This document shows, in pieces, positions 13,816 to 27,250 of a stretch of 64,000 nucleotides of DNA. The stretch comes from Nageia nagi (Eukaryota > Plantae > Pinophyta), in the NCBI GenBank assembly GCA_050084985.1, contig JBITNC010000001.1, positions 49,414,001 to 49,478,000 on the forward strand, given 5' to 3'. The notes under the pieces are model-generated. The model had not been told where the DNA came from and searched no databases. It saw only the letters and a list, made by a program, of their open reading frames with translations. Made by a program: the position numbers and the translations under genes. Position 1 is the first letter of the stretch; each line of letters begins with the position of its first letter.

Positions 13816-14885
13816 TGTAAAGGGAAATCAGGAATAAACTTGTAAACACAGAGAAGAGAAAAGCATTCACCATAGAAGAGACAAGCAAAATTTATCCTGG
13901 TTCACCCAATGTGGGCTACATCCAGCTCAAAAGCTCTCTACTATCAATGGATGGAATCACTTTACAAGGCCTTCAAGGTCCTTCAAAACCTCCTCTCACA
14001 TTCACAACACAATCTCAGCTCTGAAAATCACAACAAAACTAAAACACTTCCCGAAATCCTCCTTCCTTCCCCTTCTATCCAATTTGCTCCCCTTTTATAC
14101 AATTTTTGGAGCTAAAATTGGAGAGAATTACAACTAAAAAATTCAACAAAAAAAACCTATTTTCAGATACCCATTAACCTCCTTGATCTTCCTGTCAAAT
14201 TTGGGCTCAATTGGTTGCAAAAATCTCCTAAAAACGAGCTCTGAAACTGAAAAACACACTCTCTGGACTGTTACAGGCTTAAAAATGAACTCAACCCAAA
14301 AATAGGACCTTAGGCGAATCGAAAATCATGAAAAAACCTTTGAAAAAAGCCAAAATACGTTAAAATACTCCAAAACTGGGCAGGTGCACTGTGGTGTTGA
14401 CACGTGGCACGTTCTGGGCAACGGTCAAACTTGGTTGACCGGCGACTAGCTGACTGGGCAGGCGATCTGTGTGGCAGTCTCACCTAGTGGACAGGTTGTG
14501 CGCGATCGCTGTCGCGCGGGCGGATGGTGGCAGCGGTCAAAGCGCGGTCAAACTCTCCACGCGGGCATCCACATGGTCCGACGTGGTCTCCACGATGGCG
14601 GGCGGGTCCTGCCATATATATTTTTTTTAATCTTTTTTTTTTTTCAAAAAAATACACAAATGGACTTAAGGCCATATCTTCTACATACGGACTCGGATTC
14701 TTAATCCGAAAGAAGCGTCGGAAAGCTGAAGACAAGACAATCCCACTGAACACACTGAAATGGAGATTACTGAATGTTGAAGGGATCCAAATTTTCGGAT
14801 CAGTGTCCATATTATCCTTGCACTTACTGTCTCAAAAAGCAAGGATTCAGTCTCCCAAATCAACAAACACTCAATCCCAAACACA
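13816..14885 (-). mobile_element. Probable solo LTR of a copia-type element with a CpG-rich core
   Basis: TGTAAAGGG...CCCAAACACA ends. LTR-typical TTTATCCTGGTTCACCCAA..GGGCTACATCCAG motif. Minus-strand TATA at ~14095. Flanks GTGCT/GTCTT are only an imperfect TSD. Confidence 0.5.
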
Positions 14886-17550
14886 GTCTTGAACGCCATG
14901 AAGAATGTAGTACATGAGGTTACCAATTCTATCCTTAAGGACAATGATGCAGTCTCTCCCATTATGTCCAAAAATGCAGCCTTATGTCTCAACAAGGTTG
15001 CAGCCCTAGATGACTTCAATGATGACTCCTTCCCTATGCTGTCCAAAAACAAAATACTATTGTCACGTTGCAAACAGAAATCAGAACTGATTCTATCCCC
15101 CATTGCAATGTTCCCACAGTTGTTTCGTTGCATCAAATAGCACAAATACCTCCAAGGCTTCACAAAAATGGGACGATCCCCTTGGGAGCTCAAAATTGGT
15201 TGTTGGAAAGTCTGTTGTCTTATTACAACAGTCCCATGTTGCCCTTTGCATGAAATCTTCATCCTTCTTCACAAAACATATGTCAATCTTCAAATGTATG
15301 TTTCCTATGAAGATCTTATAAAGGAAACTTTCAAGTGCCAACATTCACCTAACACGTTATCATGAACTGATGCGAAAATTTCAGTATGCTGACCTCTTTC
15401 ATGCTCCTTTTTCACAATCTTGTCATCCACAATAACTGAATCCTCATCCTGTGTAAGTGCATATGCTTCAAAATAAATATTTTGTAATTTAAAACATACC
15501 TCATGTGGCAAGATGTCATCCTCTTTGTCTTCATCACAAATCTCATGAATGAAATCAGTCCCATGTGGCAAAATTTATGTTTTGTTTTTGGAACATGTCA
15601 TAATGTTTCCATCTTCTTCTAAAAGGAATATTCTCAATCTGTTCTCCATAGGGTCTTCAATTTTCTCCTCAACATCCTCTTTTGATTTTCCTTCAGAGGA
15701 AACTTCTTATGTTTGAGCGGCATCTTCATGATCAAGTGTAGTGCCATTTATGTGTTCCTTTGTTGCATGAGAGTCTCCATGATCCCCTCTATAAGTGATA
15801 TCTCGTTCATTGGACATATCTTCTTGCGGTAAGATGTTATCCTTTCTTTCATCATATGGGTTTTTCGAAGGTATGATGATCTTGACCATGTTATCAATTC
15901 CACTAGTGAATCCAATAGAAATCTTATCAGGTTTGTCTATTAGAGCCATTGTTTTGTTCTTGTCCTCATGCTCAATATTATCAATAGTAGTATGCATATA
16001 TATGAAATCATTTTGGAATTCCATCATACATACCTAATGAGATAGGGTGTTTTCTTCATGTGATACCTTTGCTACAAGCTGCTTTTCTTTTCTAATCTCC
16101 GCATTCTTCTCAAATCGCTCATAGATTATCTCTTGGCTAACATCTTCAAACGTGGAGATGCTTCTATGGCCCAAAATGGTGAGGCTGTTGTGCCACCATT
16201 CATGTGCAATGTTTTCAAGGTGGAGCGAAGCATACTAAATTGCATCTTTCTCATTCATGGTACAGAGCGTGAAGTAAGTTCTCAACCTTTGTAGCCATAC
16301 TTTGATGGAGATGTTGCTTCCGTTCAACATGGGTACTGTTGGGATGCTTTTCTTTCCCGCACGGTACACTCTGAATATCGCAAGTGGAACTTAAGAGATC
16401 CCAAGCAACATAGTTGGGAATGCGTTACCAATTCCCCCGATTGAAAAGGATTGTGTACCTCCAGGGCTCTTGTCGAAACACCCTGCCCAACGACCCCAAC
16501 GTCGTGTTGTAAGGTTTTTTCACCTGGTGTGTTTTCTAAATAGGGATAGATAAGTAAAAAAGGTGTGGTATCCCTCTTTGGAATCAGCCTCAATGGAATG
16601 GAATGAGAGGTATGTAGTTTGTTAACCAACGATGTTTTATTCTTTGATGTATAGAGTTTGTTCGAAACTTTTGTGTGTGGATTTAACAATCATATTTGGT
16701 ATGAAAGCATAAAGAAAGTGTAAAGGCAATACTATAAAAGGTGAAGGATGACACCTTGGAGAAAGAAGGGATACTTGGTCAGGTATGAGGTTGAGATTCA
16801 TTGATAGGAAAGTGTCTACGAGTTGATCTCTTCCGAATTGGTTAAAGACTCTTCATCCAATTCATCCAACCTTGCAAGCAAACAACTTAACATTCGAATT
16901 GCTTCAAAGAGAAGCGAGAGGTACATCAAATGGATGGAACGGAAAGTTTCAATGTGGGTGGATCACGGTTTTGGATAAAGGACTTAAAAAGATGTCATAG
17001 AAGTAGAAATATGACATAGAATACCCAATCAACTTGCATGTTAAGAATCGAGCAACAAGCATAGGTAGGATTCAAGCACTTTTAAAGTTTTTCAAAGATA
17101 AATTCCCTAAAACTTGTGAGCTTTCAAAGGAATAAAATGAAAGTATGCATACCCACTATGAGTGCCCTCAAAGAATCAATCAATAACACCAATGTGAAAA
17201 TTTTCAAACTCAAGTCTTTGCTTTGACCACTTTGTATTAATTTGAAAAAGAGTTATGAAAGGATACATCAATTTGCTACTCTCTTACAAAAGTTCTCTCT
17301 TCAACCTTGAAATGTTTTGCTTCAGAATGAAGTCCTTACAAAAATGAGGCCTTTGGTCTCTTACTTATAGAGTTTGGAAACCCTAAAAATGACTTTTGAA
17401 ACCCTAAAAATGAGTTTCAAAACCCTAACCCTAATTGCAAAATTAAAAGCTAATTACAAGCTAATTAAAAATGCTAAATAGAGATTACAATTGAACTTAG
17501 TGGAAAATATTTGGCTTACATATCAAAAACTTGCCAAAATAGACCCCTTT

Positions 17551-20500
17551 CTATTCTAGCGATTGTGGAAGGATGACTTGCACATTTGCGGCAATTTTGG
17601 CTTCAAATTCATCTCCCATGAATGCCTCTACATTCCTAATGGCATGATGGATTGTTTGGAGATCTCCTTTGTTTGATAGCAAGTGCTCCAGGATGGCCTT
17701 ATTGGTTTTGACCATTTCCTTGCTCCAATCAGCTAATCTCATCCCTCCTGTTATTTGTTTGTCTGTTTTCAGGTTGAGTGGATCCTCAAAACATATTTGC
17801 TCTGCAATAGTGGCATGGATCATTGTCATCACTGTCATATACTCCTTAATGCTATCATTTTCCTCAAACAAGGGTACTTGGAATTCGTATTCCCTCGCCT
17901 GTTCACTGATGATAACTTTGAGTTGGGTTTTGGTGCATATGAAGTCGATGGATTTGGCTTTGATATAGAACAAGTAATTGTAAAGTTGGAACCAATCTAT
18001 GCAAAAATTCAGCATGAAAGGATGATGGGTTGCCCTTCTCTGTAGGGCTAGCATTGTAGGGTACCCATTCTTCCATCTGATGATCAATTGGTCTATTTTC
18101 TCTACCTGAGAATGCAACCCCTCAATATAAAAATTTACGATGCTTGAGTGGAGTGCTTTGATGGCCTCAATAAGGTTCTTGGTCCATCCTTGTTTCAGGG
18201 CAATGATTCCAGTATCTAAGTCAACCTGCTTTTTGATGTCTTCAACTGTCAAATTAGCAGCCCTGACTTCTTTGTCGATCATTTCCTGCCTTGCCACTAT
18301 CTTCTTCAGCTCCCGATTCTCTAACTTCAATAACGTACCAGATTCCCTCAATGCCCGAGCACTTGTGATGATGTTGTGCTCCATTTCCAATGGGCCAACA
18401 ATCTCTGCAGGGGCCTCTTCTGTCTCAAAGGTGAGGGCAAACTTTTTGGTACTAGCCTTGTTTTTCCTTGAGTAGAGCTTGTCATTGTAGGTGAATTTTC
18501 CTACAATGGTGATAAGAGTATCAATCTACTGAAGTTTCTCATTTTCATCTTCAAAATCTTCTCCTTTGCAAGGATGATTTGAACTCAAACTGGCCATCAC
18601 TGCAACCATGTCGAAGCGGGGTTCCATAGGCTGTTTTCCGTAGGGAACCATCTCTCCGTCTTCGATGATTTCGACATCATGCTCTACTTGTCTTCTTTTT
18701 CTCCTTTGTTCTTCATTTTCTCCCTCATCCTCCTGATTTCCATCATCTCTCCCTACAGATGATGCCATTGTCCTGGGTCTTGAAGTACCCTTCTGAGATG
18801 ATGTTGTTGTGGTCCTCTGAGATGGTGGCATTTGCGAAACCTATTTTCGAAGAGCGGATTTTGGGGTATCTGTTCCTGCTACTTGTTGTACAATCATATT
18901 GACTGAGGGATTGCCTTCGCTAAGGATCTCTGCTAAATGATCAGTGTTGACCCGCTCAAAGGTAGTATCTTGGTTTATCTCCATGTTGATGTTGATGATT
19001 GCCGCAAAATCCATCTCTTCATTGGTCTTTGACGAGTCACTCGATCCATATTTATCAGAACTGGATGATGATGTGCAGGGGTTTTGATTCAAGCATATAC
19101 CACTCCGATTCAAACCTTGTGGGAGATTTATCTTTTTCTGCAAGTGTTTGAATGGTTGAGAGATCAAGCCTGCTCTTCTAAGGTCCAGTATTTCATTCCT
19201 TGTACTAGTGCTAGCTGTTTCAATGGTTTGTCTAGAGATGCTATTGGTAGCATACTGCCCGTTCTGTCCTTGAGCCAGGTTTACTGAAGTGAATATTATG
19301 GGAATAACATACACATGGCTTGGGGGTATGGTGACCCATGCATTGGCTCTTAACCTGGCAGCTTCTTCGGCTTCATGTTGTTTTTGTTCTTTTTCAGCTC
19401 CCTGTGAATCCATTGAACCTGCAAGGCATCCTAAATGTTCTTGTACCTCTCAATGCGACCAAGGAACTTGTGTGGGTATGATGAGTTCTAAGTCTTCTGG
19501 AAGAATGCATCAATCACTCCATCGGGATCATAGTGATTTGCAGCTACTTCTTTCGGGAATTCATACAATGCCAGTTCTTGTTTGATCATTTCAATTTGTC
19601 GCCAGGTGGTGCATTCATAATTCTCGATGACAAAGGTAATTCGTAAGTAGTCGCTGCCTTCTTTACCCATACCTTGTCGTGTATGTTTAGCAAGTGTCTT
19701 GAAAATTTTATAAGGATGATATGATCACTTGCATAATGGGGTAGCCTGTAAGGGGCTTCTTTGGAGCCATAGACCCTAAGGTAGGTGAACTCTATGTCTT
19801 CTACAAAGAAGTCCGCATGTCCCTTGATAGCGGCAGCAGCCTCTTTGGATATTCTAAATACGTTGGCTTTGCCTAGGATCTCTTTGTAGATTTTGCCTTC
19901 AAAACCATTGGTCATCACCATCCGATTTCCAGTATTCCATTTATTATGATCATATAAATGGGGGTAATTTTCCCACATTGGATGTGTAGGGTTGTATAGA
20001 TACTGGGTATTGGCAATTGAATTTACCCTCTCCCTACCATGGAGTAGGAAAACTAGGTAGGAGTTCATGTAGAATTTCTTGCTCTTCTGAATGTGTTTCA
20101 ATTACTGAGCCAAGGAATCACTAATTACTCTGGTCCACCTAATGCCTTTACCACTACTGATTAGCTCTATAAACCCCATGAATTCTGATCGGAATTTGGT
20201 GTCATCTTTCTGTCCGGTCACTGTGGAAAGCATGGATATTAGTTTGGAGACTACTGGATAGAACTCTCTTTTGTTTGGCGTTGTTAAGGCTCTTCCTTTG
20301 AGATGCTTGCAGTCATCGACCAACCAATCTTTGATCAAATTAACTAGAGGTTTCAAACCCTTGTAGAACTTCAAGGAGTCTTGCATGCTGTATGATAGGC
20401 CTTCGCCCTTCCAAGCGAATGCCCTTTCTATTCCTTCCTTAGAGAAGTCCACAATTACCTCATTTCTTCTATCGAGGAGTCTTCACTCTCAGATGTCGCA

Positions 20501-20802
20501 ATGCTTTCCTAGCTCGTAGCATAGCTCAAAGAAGGGGATGGGAAATGGCACCATAGAAGCTAATAGTAGTAAGGAAGTTTTCAAGGTGTCCTTCACCATC
20601 GAAGTTGGATCCAATGTATGTATTTTCATTAGACTTTTAATTGGATTGAGGGAGTTACAATCTGTATCTCTAATCTCACTCAGTTGGTCAATGATTCTTG
20701 TCGTGGGCATCATGGGCTGGACGTATGTTCAAGAGTGATGGGATTGTCCATCGTGAGCCTTTTCTGCTTCCTGTCTTTGATATTCTAAGCAAATAACGCC
20801 AT
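17551..20802 (-). pseudogene. ~1080-codon LTR-borne ORF of unknown function (disrupted), copy 1
   Basis: Contiguous ORF pieces 20489-20713, 20102-20452, 19586-20101, 19488-19670, 18841-19413, 18526-18831 and 17551-18390, collinear with and homologous to 39082-42370. Confidence 0.85.
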
Positions 20803-21437
20803 CTTGTTCCTATCAAAGAGAACAACATAGTGTTAGGGGAGTCTTGGGAAGCTTGTGGCACTTTCTAGGCAAGCTAAGCGAATTTTTAAAAAAATTGGGA
20901 TTTTGGGCATTTTTTTCTCTAAGTGTGCCATCAACAAAAAATGTCAAGGTTTGCAATTTTGAAAGCCTTCTAGATGAGTTTAAGGTGACACAAAGGTAGC
21001 TGCCTCAAAGGGGAATGCCTTGGCAAAAATTTAGAATGCTTGGAGAATTTTCAAGTTTTTCTCAAAAAAAGTTGACTTTTTCAACAGGAAAAAGTGGTGA
21101 AATTTGGCAAAATTGGCGAATGGTGTCAGAATCAAGTTCTAACACCTTATATGGATGGGAAATGAATGGGGAAGATGTTTCAGACTTTGAAACGGCCAAA
21201 ACAGATTTCATAAACCATTTTTGGAGTTTTCTGAAATTGTTTTTGGATTTTTTTGAATTTTTTTCAAGAAATGAGGATTTTGAGCACTCAGATCTTGGAT
21301 CTTATGAATTTTTTTGTATTTTTTAGCTGAAAAGAAAAGTTGATCACATGGATAAAGGGTATCCAAAAAAGTGATCAAACTTGAAATATGAAAAAATAAA
21401 TTTTCAAGTGTTTGAGGGTTTGAAAATTGGGTTTTTG

Positions 21438-24400
21438 CAGTGTTCCACACGCCTGGGGAACGGGGATACGGGGGAACGCGGGAACGCGTATCCGGGAACG
21501 GCGGGGAAAAAATAGGGTCTTTTGGGGAACGGCAGGGAACGGCTAGGGAACGGCAAACATAATACTAGTAAAAATTATTAGATTTTTAAGAGTATCATTT
21601 CCAATTCATTTTTATTATGATGAATGATCATATTATCAAATTTAATTATGTATGATGTATACAAAATTACAAATTAAAAACACGGAATCGAAATTACTCA
21701 ATTAGAAATTCAACTTCATAGCCCATCAAATTAAAAAAGCCCAAGGGTAAACCACTAAACCGTAAATCTGATAACACAATCATAATGTCATAGGCCATAG
21801 CCCATAGGTCTGAAAGACTGAATGAAATACATAGATGGGACATCAGTATGTCGAATACGGAATACGAATAAGTGTTTGAATAACAAAATGAAAATGCCAA
21901 AATATTAAATAACCACTATAGTCTATGGATCTATAGGCTCATGTGCTAATGGTTGTGCATCCATATCCTCCTCATCTGTTGAGCTATCTGACGATATGCT
22001 CTCATCATCCAAATGAAGAGTATGCAATGGCAATCCAAACATCGACTCATCAGCCTCATCATCATCAGCCTCAAGCTGGCCTGCCTCCACTGGATCAATG
22101 TCCCAACGTGCAGCTGGACTAGCTCTATACTCTGGCGTAACTCTCTCACTAAGGCGAAGAGAGCTATGCACTGCAACTAACTTCTCTGCTCTACGAGAAG
22201 TAAGTCTATTCCTTCGCAGACTATGGATGAAGCCATAGGTAGACCAATTTCTCTCCGCAGCAGATGAACTACCCACCTACAAACAATCATTCAAATTAGA
22301 TTTTTCATTTTTGATTATGTGAGAAAGGAGCATAGTACAATACTTAATGGCATGGCAATGGCATCTACTAACCTGGGAAAGGAGCCTAATCGCAAGATGC
22401 TTCAAGTGTGGAGCATCATCTCCATATAGCTCCCACCATCCAATGGGATCAGTTTGGGCAATGGTAGCCCTATCCTCCTTGCACTCTTGCCTGCTAAAAC
22501 GAGGACCCTTAAGTCTCACAAATTTTACAAACTCCTCTCTAACTATACGACCATCCTCTCGTGAAAACATCTTGGCAAGGAAGTTCATGAACCCATCTTT
22601 CAACTCAACATCATCATTAGGTGCCATTTTCCCAATCTTTGGTGCATACCATTTTGGGTTCAACACATGGGCAGCCATATGGAGAGGGGTATTCATTTTA
22701 TTCCACCTACAAAAAGTTAAAAAAAATAATTTAATAAACTTAAAGACAAAAGTTAACAAACCAAATTGAAACTAAACTCTAAAGTTAACAATCAACATTT
22801 GTTTTTGTTACCTCTTCTCTATGATGGGTCTAATATGGCCTTCATAAAAAGAAGGATCTTTGGCATTAATTATTCTTTTCATTTCCCCAAGCATGCTATC
22901 GAAGGTCTCGTATATCTCTCCTAAATTAGGAGAATCCGTATCGGCATACCTTATCACTTCAAAAACTGGGGAAATAAAAGATACAATGTACCTACATTCA
23001 AAAAAAAAAAGAGTTAAAAAACTTAGAAAGTTAAATCTAATTGAACAATTACCTAATGACCAATCCAACTTGAAATTCAAACTACAATAGTGAAACTTTC
23101 AAACTTTGTTACCTGGCTTCAGTCCACCAATTCTCATCCAAGACTTTATCTCTAAGTCTTTTTCCCTCCTGTGTTTGAGATTCTGGCCACCTCTTCCATT
23201 CTACACAAACTACCATGGATTGTAGTGCCTCCTGCACCTCAATCATCCTTTGCAATAGGATGAAATAAGTGGCATATCTCGTATCTGCAGGTTTAAGAAA
23301 CTCCTTCTTTGAGAAGGAGCGAAAGAGGGCCAATGAGGTATGATGGTTGCAAATAAACATTTGCAAGTCTCTCGCTTCTGCAACAACATTCTTCACCCAA
23401 TCTATTTTCCCAATGTCCTTCAATGCATTATTCAATGCATGAACGCAACATGGGGTCCAAAAAATATGCCTGTAAGTGCCCTCTATCAATTTTCCTGCAC
23501 GCTTGCAAACAGGGGCTGCATCTGTAATTATCTGTACAAAAAAAATTAAAACGTTACAGTTTGCCGTTTGGCATTTTTACAACAAATGTCAAAAAATAAA
23601 TTAGAGAACTAAAAGTAAAGTTTAAAGTTTTAAAATTTAAACTTAGTAAAGTGATTACCTGGACAACATTGGAGGATCCAACCTCCTCAATAGCCTCCTT
23701 CAACAGGAGGAACTGGAACTCTGCATCCTTTTTTTTTCCCGAGCAATCAACAGCTCGAAGAAAATAAGGACCCTCTGAACATGACACCATTATATTGATG
23801 AGTGGACGTTGACGAATGTCAGTCCATCCATCCATAATAATGGAACATCCACTACGCACCCATGTAGCCTTCATCTCCGACATCATCAAACTGCATCTAC
23901 TATACTGCTTCTCCAAAATAGAAGTACGGAGTCTAGTCTCGCCAGGTAGTACATATGAAGGTCCAGCCAACCTTACTTCCTCAAATGCTGCCCTCAAGTA
24001 AGGTGAGCGTGCAAGATGAAAAGGCAAGGCATGTGCATAAAATAATCTTCCCACTGCATCATCAGCTCTCTCTTTCTGCTGCAAGTTTAATGCTTCAGCT
24101 ATATTTCCTCTTTTTTTGGAGGGGAATGTAGGACTTGGCAAGCTAGAAGAGAGTCCAATTTCTTTTTCTCTAACTGATGAGGAGGAGGAAACAATGGAGG
24201 CTTGGGTAGATTTAGGAATGGCCAGCCCATGATTCCTAAGGTAAGCCTCTTGTGCAAGCCTACTAGCTTCTGCAAACATAAATTTATTCATTTCTTTACA
24301 AACCCTCACCCCTGCCCCTTGTTTATCAGTCAAATGTGATTCAATCCTAGTATAACTCCCTTTAAATGTGGAGTTACAAATGTGACATTTATAAGTTCTT

Positions 24401-25320
24401 GCTCCCCCTTCAATCTTTTTCCCAGCATCTAGGTTTGTGACAAACTGTAACAGTGGTTTTTTAGGATTAAATGGGCCTTTAGCAAAATGTTTTAACATTG
24501 TGGATGGGCAATCAAAGATTGATGTGTTTTCTTGCTCATTTTCAACTCCCATTTGTGATGTTTCTACCTCATAGCTTTGATTTTCTTCCTCAATATCACT
24601 CATCTTGGACTGTTTTTTTTTTAAAAACTACAAGTAAAGTTTAAAATTTAAACTAAACAAGTAGAGAATGAGAAACAAAAAATTAAAAACCTTGGACTGT
24701 GCTAAGTAATTTTCTTCTCCTCCTTGGCTTTTCTCCACTACACTGCTGTGTTTCTCTTCCACCCTCCTTGCTCTTTCTCCTCACTGCTGTGTTTCTCTTC
24801 CTCCCTCCTTGCTCTTTCTCCTCACTGCTGTTTTTTTTCTTCTGTTTGCTGTCTTTCTCTTCCTCTTTGCTGTCTTTCTCCTCTACACAAAGACAAATGA
24901 TAACAAAATCACTTTTAGCCTTTTAGAGGAGCTTTTTAGGGTTAAGGGGGGTGCAAAGTTAGGTGGGACCCATGCTAGGAGGTTTAAAATTTTTTTTTTT
25001 TAAGTGAATCTTTTTTTTTTTTGAGCTTTAAGCTCTCAGCTGCGCGGGGAACGCCGGACGTCCCCGGGAACGGTCGGGGAACGGCGGCCGTTCCCTGGCC
25101 GTTCCCGGGGACGGCCAGCCGTTCCCTGGCCGTTCCCGATCAGGGGGACGGTCGGGGAACGTTCCCCCTTCCCCGGGAGCCGTCTCGGGAACGGCCCCCA
25201 GCCGTCCCCCAAAAGGGGAACGGCTAGGAAACGTTTCCCAAGGCGTTCCCGCGTTCCCAAAACGTGGGAACGTCGGGAACGGCTCCTCCAGGAGGGGGAA
25301 CGCGTCCCCGTGGAACACTG
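21438..25320 (-). mobile_element. hAT DNA transposon, full length (3883 bp)
   Basis: 11-bp TIR CAGTGTTCCAC. 8-bp TSD GGTTTTTG (21430-21437, 25321-25328). Subterminal GGGAACG repeats at both ends. Confidence 0.97.
21923..24603 (-). CDS. hAT transposase, 743 aa, 5 exons (BED finger, DUF659-type catalytic core, hAT dimerisation domain)
   Basis: Exons 24603-23659, 23531-23113, 22991-22812, 22706-22373 and 22276-21923. All introns are GT-AG, and the exons sum to 2232 nt in frame. Motifs CHIC..H, IMDGW, ITDAA, WTPCCVH, DTRYA, WWELYG, AERNWS. Confidence 0.93.
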
Positions 25321-25899
25321 GGTTTTTGTGAAAAAAATTTCAAAACTTGGAAAAAATGGAGTTCATGTGCATGGAGGATGCTTGGATTTCGAATTTTAAT
25401 GGAGTTTGGGTAAGTGGCCAAGATACTAAGTGTTTGAAAAATCCTCCAAGGCTGGAAAAATGGCTTCTTCTCTCACTTGGCTCTCAAATTCTCAAAAATT
25501 TGGGCAACATAAGGGTGCAAAAATGAGAGGTGAGCAAAATGGAGGGGGTATGGTCATATTTATAGACTCAAGGGGGTCAAAAGTGCCACATGTCACTTCC
25601 ATATCAACCCTAGATCAAAAAGCTTGCATTTTAGACTTATCATCCTCATAGCCAACATTGGAAAAGTGGAGGAAAATGGGGAAATAACCCAAAACCTGCG
25701 CCTAGGTGTGAAAGGAGCAGTTTTGGAGCAACATGGGGGGTCTTGGAAGCAAAGATGATGGCCTTGGAATGCTCTACAACCTCCATGCTTCAGATTTGGA
25801 TTTTGAATTTTGAAATTTTTTAAGGAAAATCCAAATTTTTTGAGTTTTCTCAGCCCTTAAATCCTTTTTTAATGCAAAAAGGTGGTTTTTGGGAGTTTG

Positions 25900-27250
25900 T
25901 GTGAGCCAAATTGCACAAATGATAAGTCAAAATGGTGTAGAATTACACCATCTACCTCATAGAAGTGAAAAATTGCAATCTTGAGCACTTTTAGGGACCA
26001 AGAAGGCTAGGTGCAGGTTTTAGGAAGTTTAGGCAAGTTTTGAAAAATGAAAAAATGGGGGATAACTTGCAAAACCAGCACCTACCTTTTTGGGCAGCAA
26101 AAATTAGTTTTTGAGCAAATTTGCAAGAGGCAAAGATGCTTGCATTTGGATTTTGAACCCTACCTTCCTTTCCAATTTTGCTTTTTTGGGATTTTTGAAA
26201 TTTCTTGGAAAATTTTGGTTGGTTGATCCAAATTTTGGGATTTTAAGGGAGTAGATCAACTTTTTTCCAAAAACTTAAAATATGAAAGAGATGCAAAATT
26301 GGATTTCCCATACTCCTAGGATCAAAAATTTTGATTTTTGAGCAAAAATGAGGGCTTGCAAGCTAGGTGCAAGTTTCAGGGGCTTTGGCATGTTTTTTGG
26401 AAATTTAGAAAATAGGGGAAACAAGTTAAAACTGCTGCCTAGCTTTTTGAGGAGGTAAACTTGATTTTTTTGCAACATTGCAAAAGGCAATGTTGATCTC
26501 CTTTGAATTTTGCATCCTACCTCACTTTCCTTTTTTGATTTGACAAATTTTGGAAAATTTTGAGAAAATTTGGAGCCCTCTCATTGGTCAATCAAAATTT
26601 GATAATTTGAGGAGGTAGATTTTATTTTTTTAGGAAAGTCAAATCATCAAACTTGTGTGGAATCCCATCCTATACCCCTTGAAGGTCAAAATTTTCAAAT
26701 TTTTTCAAATTTGGGGCACAAGAAAGGTAGGCGTAGGTTTTAGGATGTTTGGCGTGTTTTGAAAATTTTGAAAAATGACGAAAAACACCCAAAACCAGCA
26801 CCTAGCTCTAGGAGGGTCAAAATTTGCTCAATTTCGAAAATTCCAAGAGGAAAGGTGCCTAGTTTTTTATTTGCCACTCTACCTCACTCTTAAATTTTCA
26901 TGTTGACACTTTTGGGAATTTTGGAAATCTTGAAGCATTCTCATTGGATGCCTTTTTGCTCATTTTCCTATTTTTCTCACTTTCAATGGAGAAAAACTCA
27001 TCGAAATCACAAACTTAAAAGACAAATTTGATGTAGAATCGCGATGCCCAAACTCCTGAGCTCAAAAATTACCATTTCGGATCAATCTGAGCCTTCCAAT
27101 AGGTAGGGGCATGTTTTGAAGAGAATAGGCCATTTTTCAAAATTTATTGAGGGAAAACTTGCAAAACTCCCCTGACTTTTTAGAGGTCAAAAATCAAGTT
27201 TTTTTGAAATCTTCAAGAGTAGAGTGGCCTTAATTTGTCATTTGGCACCA
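25900..27250. repeat. Degenerate ~360-bp tandem units in giant-LTR copy 1
   Basis: TAGG(T/C)G..GTTT recurs at ~26008, 26363, 26728 and 27103. AAACCAGCACCTA-like motif recurs at ~26073, 26430, 26793 and 27164. Confidence 0.7.

Noticed and set aside
25021-25421. Overlapping GC-rich ORFs
   Set aside because: By-products of the hAT subterminal GGGAACG repeats.
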